From: a virus
DNA: 36,018 bases
Virus record (IMG/VR): IMGVR_UViG_3300029305_003025
Strand: one strand, 5' to 3'
The position numbers were made by a program, and so were the translations under genes. The notes beneath the pieces are model-generated. The model ran no database searches. It was not told the DNA's origin and saw nothing but the letters and a program-made list of their open reading frames with translations. This document shows positions 21,879 through 32,655 of this stretch, one piece after another (the stretch's first letter is position 1; each line of letters begins with the position of its first letter).

Positions 21879-22210
21879 TGACAGATGAAAAAATAGCACA
21901 AGTCGCAGAAAGTTTTGGAATACCTGTTGGAGCACAAAGAATTTATGAAAATGAAGTTAGTGATTACAATTATTTTATTATCAAAAAAGGAAGATTAAAT
22001 AAAAATAGTTGTAATTCTTATACTAGAACAATTGAAATAATATATGTCTATGAGGGGGAACAAAAAATAAGTGACAGCCGAATTATAAAGGCATTTGAAG
22101 ATATAAGATTAAATTTTAAATATGCTGAACCTGATGATTTTAGAGTAGGTAGCACCAATAAATGGGCGGATATGAATACATATGTATTTGAAAGACCAGA
22201 GAAGGTGTAA
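21878..22210 (+). CDS. Head-tail/tail completion protein
   Basis: Position. Confidence 0.5.
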   Translation: MTDEKIAQVAESFGIPVGAQRIYENEVSDYNYFIIKKGRLNKNSCNSYTRTIEIIYVYEGEQKISDSRIIKAFEDIRLNFKYAEPDDFRVGSTNKWADMNTYVFERPEKV

Positions 22211-22212
22211 TT

Positions 22213-22653
22213 ATGGCTTATAATGAATTGAGTTTAGATTATAAAGATTTAGTTAAACTTGAAGAAAAACTAAAATTATTGCCAAACACAGCAGAATATG
22301 AAGTAAACAATTATTTGTGGAGCGAGGCAGGCAATATGCTAGAAAAAGAAGTATATAAAAGAATGCCACATTCACATTACGAACATTACAGCAAAGGAAA
22401 ACCTAAATCTCATGCAAAAGATTCTGAATCTTTAGAGATAATAAGGTATAACTTAGGTGTAAAAGTTCAAACAAAAATCAAACCAAAGTCGAAAGATTTT
22501 GGTTATTTAATATTCCCAGATGAAGGTCGAGGAATAAGGCAAAAGAAAAAAGGAAGTCAAGAATTTTTTGGCAAGTCACTTGAAAGCCAAGGAAACAAAG
22601 TAATAGATGGGTTAACAAATCATCTAAATAAAAAAATAGAGGAGGATTTATAA
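22213..22653 (+). CDS. HK97 gp10-like tail completion protein
   Basis: Position; KEVYKRMPHSHYEHYSKGKPKSHAKDS. Confidence 0.65.
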   Translation: MAYNELSLDYKDLVKLEEKLKLLPNTAEYEVNNYLWSEAGNMLEKEVYKRMPHSHYEHYSKGKPKSHAKDSESLEIIRYNLGVKVQTKIKPKSKDFGYLIFPDEGRGIRQKKKGSQEFFGKSLESQGNKVIDGLTNHLNKKIEEDL

Positions 22654-23198
22654 TGGATTTTGAAGATTACAAAATTATTGAAGGAACAATTACTATTGAT
22701 GATGAATTAGCAACAAGTTTTGGATGTATAGGAACACTAGAGGGAACATCAGACATTTCAGCAGTAGAAAAGAAATGTGAAGGTGCAGTTATAAAAACTG
22801 TAAAAAAAGTAAATAAAGTTGATGTAACTCTAACAGGTCATCCATATGTTGCTGTATTAAGAAGTGTAGCAGGAATGACAAACGAAGGATTAAAAGAAGG
22901 CGTATATGGATATGGAGCTAATATAAAATCTAAAAAGATTGTATTTACTGCTAAAGTAGAAGATATGGAAGGAAATATCAAATTTATAGCATTCCCTAAC
23001 ATGGACGATGTAAAAGGATTAAACATTAAAATTGACAACGATGTAACAGAAATAGAAATGAAAGATTTTGAGTTCTCAGCATTAAAAGATGAAAATAATA
23101 TGTTCTATTATGAAGCATTAGAAAAAGATTTAACAGATGAAGAATTAAAAACAAAATGGTTAACAAGCTTTACACCAGATTTAGTTAAAACAGCTTAA
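22653..23198 (+). CDS. Major tail protein
   Basis: Position before tail chaperones; YGYGANIKSKKIVFTAKVEDMEGNIKFIAFPNM. Confidence 0.8.
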   Translation: MDFEDYKIIEGTITIDDELATSFGCIGTLEGTSDISAVEKKCEGAVIKTVKKVNKVDVTLTGHPYVAVLRSVAGMTNEGLKEGVYGYGANIKSKKIVFTAKVEDMEGNIKFIAFPNMDDVKGLNIKIDNDVTEIEMKDFEFSALKDENNMFYYEALEKDLTDEELKTKWLTSFTPDLVKTA

Positions 23199-23282
23199 TG
23201 TCGAAAAATGTAATAATTTGCGATAACTTTTCCTTGCAACATTATGTCGTAAAAGATAAAATGTTGTAAGGAAGGTGATTTT

Positions 23283-23894
23283 ATGATAGATAAAATAAAA
23301 CAACATAAGTGGCTAATTTTAAGTTCATCTTTAGCATTAGTCTTTTTTATCACAATAATAATATTACTTACTATTTCTGTTTCACGAAATGAATATATTA
23401 AAATTTTTGATGAGTTAAACAGTAAAAAGAAAGAATACAGCCAAATTAAAACAGCTTATGGTGAATTAAATAATAAAGTTAAAGAACAAGAAAATAAAAT
23501 TAACGAATTGAATCAAAAAGAAAAACAAGAGCAGATTAATAAAAACATTAATGATTTAGAAATAAAAGTAACAGAATTGACGAACACAAAAAATGCTTTG
23601 CAACAAGAGATAGATTCTTTAAATGAAGAAGTTATAAAAACAAAAGGAGAACCGAAAACTTATCCAGCAGGGCATCTTATTGCGGGTACAGATGTTCCAA
23701 CAGGGAAATATAAAATATTTGGTGGACATAGTAATTTTGTAGTACGCTCTGCAACAGGTAGATTAGAAGTAAATATTATTTTAGGAACTAGTTATGGAGT
23801 CGACGAATATATTTATACTTTTAAAAAAGGTGATAATATTGAGGCAGATTCCTCATTTAAATTAATAGAAATAGAACAAATAAAAATAGATTAA
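23283..23894 (+). CDS. Membrane-anchored coiled-coil protein inserted in the tail module (moron candidate)
   Basis: N-terminal TM, coiled coil, C-terminal YPAGHLIAGTDVPTGKYKI...; bounded by hairpins. Confidence 0.65.
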   Translation: MIDKIKQHKWLILSSSLALVFFITIIILLTISVSRNEYIKIFDELNSKKKEYSQIKTAYGELNNKVKEQENKINELNQKEKQEQINKNINDLEIKVTELTNTKNALQQEIDSLNEEVIKTKGEPKTYPAGHLIAGTDVPTGKYKIFGGHSNFVVRSATGRLEVNIILGTSYGVDEYIYTFKKGDNIEADSSFKLIEIEQIKID

Positions 23895-23922
23895 AAGACA
23901 GTCAATTTTGACTGTCTTTTAA
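23895..23922 (+). terminator. Hairpin AAAGACAGTCAATTTTGACTGTCTTTT
   Basis: 10-bp inverted repeat directly after the stop at 23894. Confidence 0.7.
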
Positions 23923-23947
23923 AGTGTTTTTATTAAGGAGGAAGATA

Positions 23948-24459
23948 ATGAAAATAAAAGATAAAGAAATAAAATTAAAAATAACACCACTAGCAATAGA
24001 AAAAATAGAAACTATTAGTGATATTGATATTCTTAAACTTTTAAGAGAAGCGGGAGAAAGAGAACCAAAAGCCAGTGATTATTACAAGTTAATATATGCT
24101 GGATATATAGGTTCTACAGGAGAAAGTATAGAATATAATGAATTTTTAAAATTAATAGAAGATGTTGATTTACCAGAAATTTCTCAAGTTGGTGTAAATC
24201 TCTTATTAAAAAGAAAAAACTAAAATTCCAAGAGAGTTTTAAGAAAGCTACTAGTAAAAAGAAAGACAAGAATAAAAAACAATATAAAGTTCCAGACGTA
24301 CATATCGAAACATTAGCAGATATGTACGTTTTTTATGTTCATATAGATGGAATTAATGAAAATACATTTTGGAATAGTGATATAGCTTTCTTGGAAAATA
24401 TTCATTCAAATATAGTAGCTTATGAAAATTATAAAAATAATCCGAAGGAGGTTAAGTAA
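23948..24459 (+). CDS. Tail assembly chaperones gpG and gpGT fusion via -1 frameshift at A AAA AAC (24214-24220)
   Basis: Frame 0 stops at 24223; -1 frame continues KLKFQESFKKATSKKKDKNKKQYKVPDVHIETLADMYVFYVHIDG... to 24459. Confidence 0.88.
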
Positions 24460-27400
24460 TGGCAAAAAATAAACAACAAATTAAATTCGATGCAGATGTT
24501 AGTCAATTTAAAACAAAGATAAAAGAATCTGAAAAAAGCATTACTAGTTTAAATAACGAGCTAAAACTTAACCAGGCACAATTAAAAGGAAATTCAAGTG
24601 ATTCCAATTTATTGTCACAAAGAATAGAAATTTTAAAACAGAAATACGAAGAACAAACAAAAGTTGTAGAAAATACAAGAAAGTCTTATGAAAAAGCAGT
24701 AGAGACATTTGGAGAAAATTCAAAACAAGCAGAAAATTTAAAGAATAAATTATTACAAACAGAGACTGCTCAACAAAATATAAAAAATGAAATCAACAAA
24801 ACTAATCAACATTTAACTGTTCAAACAGATAAATTATTAATTACAGGTAAAGCATGGCAAGAATCTGGGAAGACATTAAAAGATTATGGGAGCAAAATAG
24901 AAAGTGTAGGAAATAAATTATCAATTGTAAGTGGTATAGTTGGAGGAATCGCAGTAGCTTCACTTAAAGCGTCAATAGATTTTGAAACAGCTTTTGCAGG
25001 AGTTATAAAAACAGTTAATGGAACAGAACAACAACTAGCAGAATTAAGACAAGGTATATTAGATATGTCAACAGAATTGCCATCAAGTGCATCTCAAATA
25101 TCAGCAGTAGCAGAAAGTGCTGGGCAATTAGGAATACAGACTGAAAACATATTAGACTTTACTAGGGTTATGATAGATTTAGGAAATTCAACTAATGTTG
25201 CTGCAGAAGAAGGGGCAACGGCTTTAGCAAAATTTGCAAACATAACGAAAATGTCAGCAGACAAGTACAGTAATTTAGGGTCTACAATTGTTGCATTAGG
25301 AAACAATTATGCTACAACAGAAGCAGATATAATTTCAATGGGACAAAATTTAGCTTCAGCAGGAACACAGGTAGGAATGTCACAATCAGATATCATGGCC
25401 TTAGCAACAGCTTTAAGTTCAGTAGGGCTAGAAGCACAAGCAGGAGGCACAGCTTTTAGTAAAGCTTTGGTAGAAATGCAATTAGCAGTGGAAACTAACA
25501 GTAAGGACTTGAAAGATTGGGCAGATGTAGCTGGAATAAGCACAAAAGAATTTTCTAGATTATTTAAAGATGATGCAACGAGTGCACTACAAGCATTTAT
25601 AAAAGGACTTTCAGAATGTGGAGGAGAAACTGAATCAGCTATTAAAATATTAGATGATATGGGGATAACTGAAACAAGAATGAGAGATGCATTATTGAGG
25701 TCTGCAAATGCAAGTGATACGTTTACCAGTGCAATTGAATTAGGGTCAAAAGCATGGAATGACAACATTGCTTTAACAGAAGAAGCGGAAAAACGATATG
25801 AGACCACGGAAAGCCAAATAGAAATGCTGAAAAATGAAGCGATAAAAACAGCAATAGAATTTGGAGATGAACTTGCACCATCATTAAGACAAATAGTTAA
25901 AGATTCAAAACCAATGTTAAATAGTATATCAAGTGCAGTAAAAGCTTTTGCAGATTTAGATGATAAAACAAAGAAAAATATTATCACAATTGGAGCTTAT
26001 GTAGTTGCGTTAGGACCTGCTATTAAAATTAGTGGAAATGTTATAAAAACTATTGGTAGTGTAAGAACAGGAATAGGAACTTTGACAGAAGCAATAGGAT
26101 TGGCTAAAAATGGGATAGGTGATGCGACTGGAGCAGCAGCTACGTTAGCTAAAACTTTAAAAACTATAACATCTCCAACGGGGTTGGCAATTGCTGCAAT
26201 TGTTGGAGTAACAACGGCTGTTACTACTTTGGCGTTAAAAGAAAATGAAGCTCAAAAGGTATCAAGGGAATTTGCTGAAGAAATAAAATCGTCAAAGAAT
26301 GCATTAGATGAATATAATTCTTCAATAGATGAAACAAAAAATAAAGAACTTTCATATATTAATGCTGTAGAAAGATTAAAAAATGAGTTATCTACACTTG
26401 TTGATGAAAATGGAAAAGTAAAAAAAGGTTATGAAAGCAGAGTAGATTTTATTTTAAATGAAATGAACGAAGCTTTAGGTACAGAATATGAGTTAAATGA
26501 AAATCTTATAGATGGATACAAAGAATTACAACAAGAGATTGATAAACTTATTGAAAAAAAACGAGCAGAAATAATATTGGCAGCTGATGAAGAAAAATGG
26601 AAAAATGCAATTGAAAACGAGGAATCAGCAATAGATAAGTTAACTTCAGCATATAGTAATTTACAAGATTTACAAGAGAAAGAAGGAATGACATTAGATG
26701 AATTAAAAGCTAAGGCTCAAGAATATTATGATAAATCTGAAAGTTTAATTCACGGTAAAGGATTCGCAGGAAAAATGTGGAAGAAAAATGCAGATGAGAT
26801 TCAAAATGTTATTGATGCTTACGAAGATGCGTTAAGTGAAGTACAAACTTATACAGGCGATTCAGAAAATTATGAAAAAAATTATGGATTATTTGTAGAA
26901 GGAAATTACAGTGAAATTTCAAACACAGTAAAAACATCTACTAAGGATTGGACAAGTAGTTCTTTAGATACAATAAAAAAATCAATAGATGAAACTGCAA
27001 TTAGCTTACAATCATATAAACAACTGTATGAAGTTACAGGTAATGAAGTTTTATTAACAAGGCAACAACAAGCACAACAAGAACTTACAGCTTTAGCAGA
27101 AGGATTAATTGCTCAAACATCTATTGTAAATTTAAATTCACCAAATGTAGTTGAGGCTTGGAAACAATTAGCAAATAATTCGTATTCTGTTTATTATGAT
27201 TCTATTTCTAAATTAGACCCTACTTTAAGAGAAGAAATAGAAAAAGCAACAGGCGTTATTGCTGAAAAAACACCTGAATTAGAAGAAGAAACAGGAAAAA
27301 TGGCTACATCTGTTTTGAATGAATTTAAGAATAACTCAGAATATAGGAAATCGGCATTGGATAATTTAGAAGGACTTCTTCAAGGTTTAGAAGATGAAGA

Positions 27401-27869
27401 ATTAAGACAATTATTAAAAGATGCAGGAATTGAAAATGCTGATGAAGTAATAAAAGGAATAAAAGAAGGAAATTTAGCTGAAGATGAAGGAGAAAAAATA
27501 TTAAGTAGTTTACAAGCAGGGCTAGAAAACAAGACATGGAGAGATAGCTTGTGGAGTACAGCTAGAGGAATCGCTTCAACATTATCAGGGTTGCTTACAG
27601 TTAAAGCTAATGTTAATGGAAATACATCTAATTTACCAGGGCATAAAACAGGGCTAGACTATGTGCCATATGATAATTATGTAGCAAGATTACATAAGGG
27701 CGAAAGAGTTCTTACAGCAGAAGAGAATAAGGAGTATATGGCAGACAATATAGAAAACAAAGTATTTAGTAGAAATATAGTAGTTCAATTCTTCCCTCAA
27801 AGCATGACTGAAGTAGAATTACAAAGAGCAGAAACTTATATTGCAAAGAAATGGGGTATGGCATTGTGA
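24459..27869 (+). CDS. Tape measure protein (TP901 family)
   Basis: 1136 aa; DFETAFAGVIKTVNGTEQQLAELRQGILDMSTELPSSASQISAVAESAGQLG. Confidence 0.96.
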   Translation: MAKNKQQIKFDADVSQFKTKIKESEKSITSLNNELKLNQAQLKGNSSDSNLLSQRIEILKQKYEEQTKVVENTRKSYEKAVETFGENSKQAENLKNKLLQTETAQQNIKNEINKTNQHLTVQTDKLLITGKAWQESGKTLKDYGSKIESVGNKLSIVSGIVGGIAVASLKASIDFETAFAGVIKTVNGTEQQLAELRQGILDMSTELPSSASQISAVAESAGQLGIQTENILDFTRVMIDLGNSTNVAAEEGATALAKFANITKMSADKYSNLGSTIVALGNNYATTEADIISMGQNLASAGTQVGMSQSDIMALATALSSVGLEAQAGGTAFSKALVEMQLAVETNSKDLKDWADVAGISTKEFSRLFKDDATSALQAFIKGLSECGGETESAIKILDDMGITETRMRDALLRSANASDTFTSAIELGSKAWNDNIALTEEAEKRYETTESQIEMLKNEAIKTAIEFGDELAPSLRQIVKDSKPMLNSISSAVKAFADLDDKTKKNIITIGAYVVALGPAIKISGNVIKTIGSVRTGIGTLTEAIGLAKNGIGDATGAAATLAKTLKTITSPTGLAIAAIVGVTTAVTTLALKENEAQKVSREFAEEIKSSKNALDEYNSSIDETKNKELSYINAVERLKNELSTLVDENGKVKKGYESRVDFILNEMNEALGTEYELNENLIDGYKELQQEIDKLIEKKRAEIILAADEEKWKNAIENEESAIDKLTSAYSNLQDLQEKEGMTLDELKAKAQEYYDKSESLIHGKGFAGKMWKKNADEIQNVIDAYEDALSEVQTYTGDSENYEKNYGLFVEGNYSEISNTVKTSTKDWTSSSLDTIKKSIDETAISLQSYKQLYEVTGNEVLLTRQQQAQQELTALAEGLIAQTSIVNLNSPNVVEAWKQLANNSYSVYYDSISKLDPTLREEIEKATGVIAEKTPELEEETGKMATSVLNEFKNNSEYRKSALDNLEGLLQGLEDEELRQLLKDAGIENADEVIKGIKEGNLAEDEGEKILSSLQAGLENKTWRDSLWSTARGIASTLSGLLTVKANVNGNTSNLPGHKTGLDYVPYDNYVARLHKGERVLTAEENKEYMADNIENKVFSRNIVVQFFPQSMTEVELQRAETYIAKKWGMAL

Positions 27870-28732
27870 GTTATAAATATGAAGATATAAGAAATTTTTA
27901 TTTTGAGAATGAATTAGGAGAAAGAATAGATTGCCAGAAAATAGATGGAAATCTATTCTTTTATAATGTTGCTGGGTTAGGTTATGAAGAAGAAATTGAA
28001 TATGTTCAAATAGGAAACAACTTTATTCCTAATAAGAAAAGAATAAAACAAAATCAAATAAGTGGAGATTTAGAATTTTACAATATGACATATGATGAAT
28101 ATTGTAAATTTGTAGATTTTATTTTAAGAGCTACGTCGTTAAAACTAATATATGTGCCTAAAAAAACAATAAGAACAGAGTATTACAGGGATATAGATTT
28201 ATTTAAAATAGATAAATCTGAAGAAGATGAATACAATGTTTTACCTTGTCCAGTTATGATGAATTGCAAATCCCTATGGTATGAAGCAAAAGAAGTAGTT
28301 TATACTATAGATTCTGTAACAAATGAAATAAGATGGGATTTTCAATGGGATTCAATATTTACATCATATGATAATAGAAATATTATATTTAATAACAAGG
28401 GGCATGATGAAGCCCCTTTTAAATTGGAATTGAATGGTGAAGTTGTAAGTCCGATTATAACAATCTTAGAAGATGATATAGAAGTTAAGAAATTAGATTT
28501 AACAGGTTTAACAATAGAAACAGGAGAAACATTTATTTACAATACAAAAGACACAGCGCAAGAAATTGCAAAAGTTTCTGATAATAAAATAACAAATTTG
28601 TTTAGTTTTCTAAATCCAAATTTCATTAATTTCTATAAATTACGAAAAGGAGCTTCTACAATAAGATTAGAAGCAGATGGAGAAATTACAAGTGGTAAAT
28701 TAACAATATACGTACAGTATAAAGCTGTATAA
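27851..28732 (+). CDS. Distal tail protein-like
   Basis: Position after tape measure; LFFYNVAGLGYEEEIEY... Confidence 0.7.
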   Translation: MGYGIVSYKYEDIRNFYFENELGERIDCQKIDGNLFFYNVAGLGYEEEIEYVQIGNNFIPNKKRIKQNQISGDLEFYNMTYDEYCKFVDFILRATSLKLIYVPKKTIRTEYYRDIDLFKIDKSEEDEYNVLPCPVMMNCKSLWYEAKEVVYTIDSVTNEIRWDFQWDSIFTSYDNRNIIFNNKGHDEAPFKLELNGEVVSPIITILEDDIEVKKLDLTGLTIETGETFIYNTKDTAQEIAKVSDNKITNLFSFLNPNFINFYKLRKGASTIRLEADGEITSGKLTIYVQYKAV

Positions 28733-28745
28733 AAGGAGGAAAACA

Positions 28746-29682
28746 ATGTTAAAAGGACACGTATTTAATTTGCAAACGTTTACATCAGAAGCGTTTGCTC
28801 TTTTTATTGATAAATTTTTAAATGGAAGAAGCGGAGTTGCAAAAGGATGTGAATTATCTAATACGACAAACTCTGTGACTATAGCAGATGGCTTCTTTGT
28901 AGTAAGAGGAAGATTTTTAGAGGTAATATCTGGAGTAACTATTTCAGATATATCAGATAATGGATATTATAGTTTAGTTTGCGAAATAGATTTATCTAAA
29001 ACGAATACAGCAGATGAATTAAATCAAGCGGAAATAAAAACTATATATAACTCAAGTGCATATTCTACTTTAATACAGCAAGATATAACAGCAGATGGAA
29101 CAATTTATCAATATGAGTTTGCAAGATTTAGAGTAGAAAATGGAACTATAACAAACTTTGTAGATAAAAGAACATATGTAGATTTTACAAGTGTTTACGA
29201 CCAGATAGAAACTGAATCACAAGCGGTTTTAAATGAAATTCAACAAGCTTTAGAGAGTGTATTAGACGGAAGTGCTTATTTATTAAAAACGGGAGGTAAG
29301 ATAGATGGAGATTTGGAAGTTGGTGGCAATTTTGTTGCTAATAATATTGCTGATGGTAATCGGGGTTAATTATATTAAAAATGATAAATTTGTTCAATTA
29401 ACTGGAAATGTAAGTATTGATGCTCAAAAAGCTTCAAATATAACCATAGAATACCCAGAAGGTTTAAATGTAGATAATTGTGTTCCTGTTGCTACAGGTA
29501 TAAAAGCATCTGCAATAGGATTCAATTATGTTGGTAAATATGATGACAGTATGGATATGTACTGGGGAGGATTTAAAAGAACTCTAACTTTAGGTAATAA
29601 CAATATAACATTAAGGATAGAAAATCCAGCTACAGAAAAATCAACATTTAATTATAAGATAGTTTTAATGAAGATAGATTAG
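28746..29682 (+). CDS. Baseplate/tail fibre protein requiring a +1 shift at CGG 29361-29363
   Basis: Frame 0 ends VANNIADGNRG*; skipping C29361 gives ...ADGN-G-VNYIKNDKFVQLTGNVSIDAQKASNITIEYPEGLNVDNC... to 29682. Length 937 = 3x312+1. Confidence 0.8.
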
Positions 29683-29692
29683 GAGGTCTTTA

Positions 29693-31405
29693 ATGGAACT
29701 ATATATATTATCAAAACAAGATTTAAGTATTTTATCTATATGCAAGCTATCAGATTATCAAATAAATTTAGATGAAGAAACAAATGCAAAATCTACATTT
29801 ACATTAATGAAAACAGAAGGACTTAAAAAAGATAATTTCATGGTGCTAAATGGCTTATATAAACAATTTTTATTTGTTATAGATGATGTACAAACAGAAA
29901 AGGGCAGTAATACAGTAATAGTTACTGCCCTTGATATTTCTAACATATTCGATAGAAAAGTAATAGAGAAAAACACAGATACAATGACAAGTAAGTCTAT
30001 TGAAGAATTTACAGCAAATACAATGTCAGAAAACTTTGTAAATTCTAATGATACAGCTCTAAATGTAAGTTATATAGATATATATTGGCATACAAACACA
30101 AAAGGAATAGTAGCAACTAATGCAGAAAATGGATTATACAATTTTCATACATTTTTAATAAATTGTAGACAGTACAAAAAAATATATACTGACTTCAAAT
30201 TTGAAAATGGAAGATTGAGAATTGATATAAGTTGTAAGGAAGAAATAGAAGAACTAATAGATACAACTCTTCCAGAAGTCACAGATTATAACAAGATATA
30301 TGAAGAAGACGTCACGGCGAAAGTTCAAGTATATATCAGAGAAAATGGAAGCGAATACAATCTGTATTTAAAAACAGACAGAACTACTACAACAAATAAA
30401 GATGACCCAGATAGAGCAAATGGAAAAATAGAAGTAATAAGTGTAGATACAGCAGATAGAGCAGAAGAGGAAGCACTTAATGTAATGAAAGGTAACAATT
30501 ACAAGCATTTAGTAGAGTTTAAGATAGCAAAGACAAGTAAACTCATGGATATTACTAAGTTGCATATAGGTAGACCCATAAGAATAAAAACAGATGATGA
30601 TATTTATGATAGTTATATTTCAGCAATAACTTTAAGTGATGAAAACTTTGTTTATTTTAAAAGTGGAAGTTTAAGAATTACATTATTAGATAAGTTAAAG
30701 AAAAATCAAGAAAAAGCAGGAAATAAACTTGATGTTTCTGGGGGAAAGATAACAGGCAATCTTGAAGTAGGCGGAAGTCTTCAAGTAAATGGAGTAAATA
30801 TTTCACAAGAAATTGTAACAGGCGAAGAAATTGCTACAAATGAATGGATAGATGGCAAACGAGTATTTAGAAAAAGAATAGATTGTGGTTTTTTGAAAGA
30901 TAATAGTATTAAAAATATACCAATAGATTTGGATTTGTCGCTTATTTTTGTTGAAAGATTAGAAGGAGTTGGTTATAGGCTTACTGATTTTTGTACTTTT
31001 TCCTTACCTTTTGCTTCTCAAGTTCCTGAAAATTCAATAACTTTAAATACTATGACTACTGCTGAAGGTTATTGTATTCAGATAGTAACAGGAGTAAATA
31101 GAACTAATGTAAAAGCTTATGTAAATATATACTATACAAAAAATGATAAAAGAGTAATTCGTTTTACAGTTGATAATACTTCATATATTGCAGAAGAAGG
31201 AATGACTTGGAGAGAATTTGTAGACAGTAAATATAATACTTTACCATTTGTATTTAAAGATATAGGTTGGGGATATTTAGTTGCAACAAATAATGGAAAT
31301 GATATGTATAAAGTTGTTTATGCAAGTAATCAATATAATTATGTTAGAGAAACAACAGTTATACAAAACGGAGATACTTATGTATATAATATAGAACCAA
31401 CATAA
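29693..31405 (+). CDS. Gp37-like tail-associated/baseplate protein
   Basis: ELYILSKQDLSILSICKLSDYQINLDEETNAKSTFTL; C-terminal fibre-like repeat GGKITGNLEVGGSLQVNG. Confidence 0.75.
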   Translation: MELYILSKQDLSILSICKLSDYQINLDEETNAKSTFTLMKTEGLKKDNFMVLNGLYKQFLFVIDDVQTEKGSNTVIVTALDISNIFDRKVIEKNTDTMTSKSIEEFTANTMSENFVNSNDTALNVSYIDIYWHTNTKGIVATNAENGLYNFHTFLINCRQYKKIYTDFKFENGRLRIDISCKEEIEELIDTTLPEVTDYNKIYEEDVTAKVQVYIRENGSEYNLYLKTDRTTTTNKDDPDRANGKIEVISVDTADRAEEEALNVMKGNNYKHLVEFKIAKTSKLMDITKLHIGRPIRIKTDDDIYDSYISAITLSDENFVYFKSGSLRITLLDKLKKNQEKAGNKLDVSGGKITGNLEVGGSLQVNGVNISQEIVTGEEIATNEWIDGKRVFRKRIDCGFLKDNSIKNIPIDLDLSLIFVERLEGVGYRLTDFCTFSLPFASQVPENSITLNTMTTAEGYCIQIVTGVNRTNVKAYVNIYYTKNDKRVIRFTVDNTSYIAEEGMTWREFVDSKYNTLPFVFKDIGWGYLVATNNGNDMYKVVYASNQYNYVRETTVIQNGDTYVYNIEPT

Positions 31406-31458
31406 ATAAAAATTATAAAAATTATAAAAATTATTTATGATGAATTGGAGGTGTAGAG

Positions 31459-31674
31459 TTGGATAATACAATAATGTTAATATTAGGTTTTATAGGTGCA
31501 ATGATTCCTATTTTTACAGTAATAATTAAGTTAAACAGTACAATTACGAAATTAAACACAACAATAGAAATATTAACCAAACAAATGGAAACAAGTCAAA
31601 AAGATAGAAGCAAAATACATGACCAACTAAATGACCACGAGAAAAGAATATCAATATTAGAAAATAAGGAGTGA
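31459..31674 (+). CDS. XhlA-like lysis accessory membrane protein
   Basis: Short N-terminal TM plus coiled-coil immediately before holin. Confidence 0.6.
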   Translation: MDNTIMLILGFIGAMIPIFTVIIKLNSTITKLNTTIEILTKQMETSQKDRSKIHDQLNDHEKRISILENKE

Positions 31675-31678
31675 TTTT

Positions 31679-31918
31679 ATGAACATATCAAAAGGAACAA
31701 TAGTAAGAACAATCATGTTATTGATTGTAGTTATTAACTTAATTTTGAAACATTGTGGAGTTGATTTAATCAATGTTTCTGAGAGTGAAATATTAACAAT
31801 AGTAGAGATGTTGATTGAAGTAGCAGTTATAATTGTTGCTTTCTGGAAAAATAATAGTTTTACAGATAAAGCAATTAAAGCTGATGAGTTTCTTAAAAAT
31901 TTAAAGGAGAGTGAATAA
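31679..31918 (+). CDS. Holin (SPP1-type-like)
   Basis: Two hydrophobic segments, VAVIIVAFWKNNSFTDKAIKAD. Confidence 0.85.
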   Translation: MNISKGTIVRTIMLLIVVINLILKHCGVDLINVSESEILTIVEMLIEVAVIIVAFWKNNSFTDKAIKADEFLKNLKESE

Positions 31919-31920
31919 CT

Positions 31921-32595
31921 ATGAACATTATTGAAAAGACATACACCTTAAATGGTTCTTTGCAAAAAAGAAAAAAGACAGACACAATAATATTACATCA
32001 TGCAGTTTATAATGGAGATGTAGAAGGAATAGACAGAATACATAAAAATAAAGACTATACATGCATAGGATATCATTTCTATGTAAGAAAAGACGGTACT
32101 ATATATAGAGGACGTCAAGAAGATACAATAGGTGCCCATGCTTATGGTTCAAATAGTACATCTATTGGAATTTGTGCAGAAGGTAATTTTGAAGAAGATA
32201 TAATGTCAGCAGAACAAAAAAATTCTATTATTGAATTAGTAGATTATTTGAAAGGCAAATATGGAATTAGTAAAGTAGTAAGACATAGAGATGTATGCGC
32301 AACAGCATGCCCTGGTAAGAATTATCCATTTGATGAAATCGTAAATGGAAAGGTAACAGAAACTAATCCAGTGATTATAAAGGAGGAATTTAATATGGCA
32401 AAAACATACAAAAACGGAAGTACAGTTGAAAATGTATACTCAGATACAAATCTAACAAATAAAATAGGAAGTTTAAACAAATGGGAACAATGCGAATGTT
32501 TAGATATAGTAAATGGTAGATACCTAGTTAAATATAAAGTAGATGGGTCTAATAATTACAAATGTGGATTTGTAAAATATAATGGTGGATTATAA
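31921..32595 (+). CDS. N-acetylmuramoyl-L-alanine amidase endolysin
   Basis: TDTIILHHAVYNGD...GYHFYVRKDGTIYRGR...VVRHRDVCATACPGKNYPFDE. Confidence 0.93.
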   Translation: MNIIEKTYTLNGSLQKRKKTDTIILHHAVYNGDVEGIDRIHKNKDYTCIGYHFYVRKDGTIYRGRQEDTIGAHAYGSNSTSIGICAEGNFEEDIMSAEQKNSIIELVDYLKGKYGISKVVRHRDVCATACPGKNYPFDEIVNGKVTETNPVIIKEEFNMAKTYKNGSTVENVYSDTNLTNKIGSLNKWEQCECLDIVNGRYLVKYKVDGSNNYKCGFVKYNGGL

Positions 32596-32602
32596 GAGCT
32601 TA

Positions 32603-32640
32603 AAAATGAGCCGTAAAAAAATTACGGCTCTTATTTTTTT
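32603..32640 (+). terminator. Terminator GAGCCGTAA-AAAA-TTACGGCTC-TTATTTTTTT
   Basis: 9-bp stem plus T tract after the lysis genes. Confidence 0.85.
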
Positions 32641-32655
32641 ATAAGGAGGCAGATA

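Noticed and set aside
25307-25987. 226-aa minus-strand ORF inside the tape measure gene (and other minus-strand ORFs under plus-strand genes)
   Set aside because: Antisense shadow ORFs of well-supported plus-strand genes; no RBS, no recognisable domain.
29305-29682. Independent 125-aa protein starting MEIWKLVAILLLIILLMVIGVNYIKND
   Set aside because: Its start overlaps the previous gene in another frame and gives an implausible hydrophobic leader; the sequence after VNY is better explained as the +1 extension of 28746.
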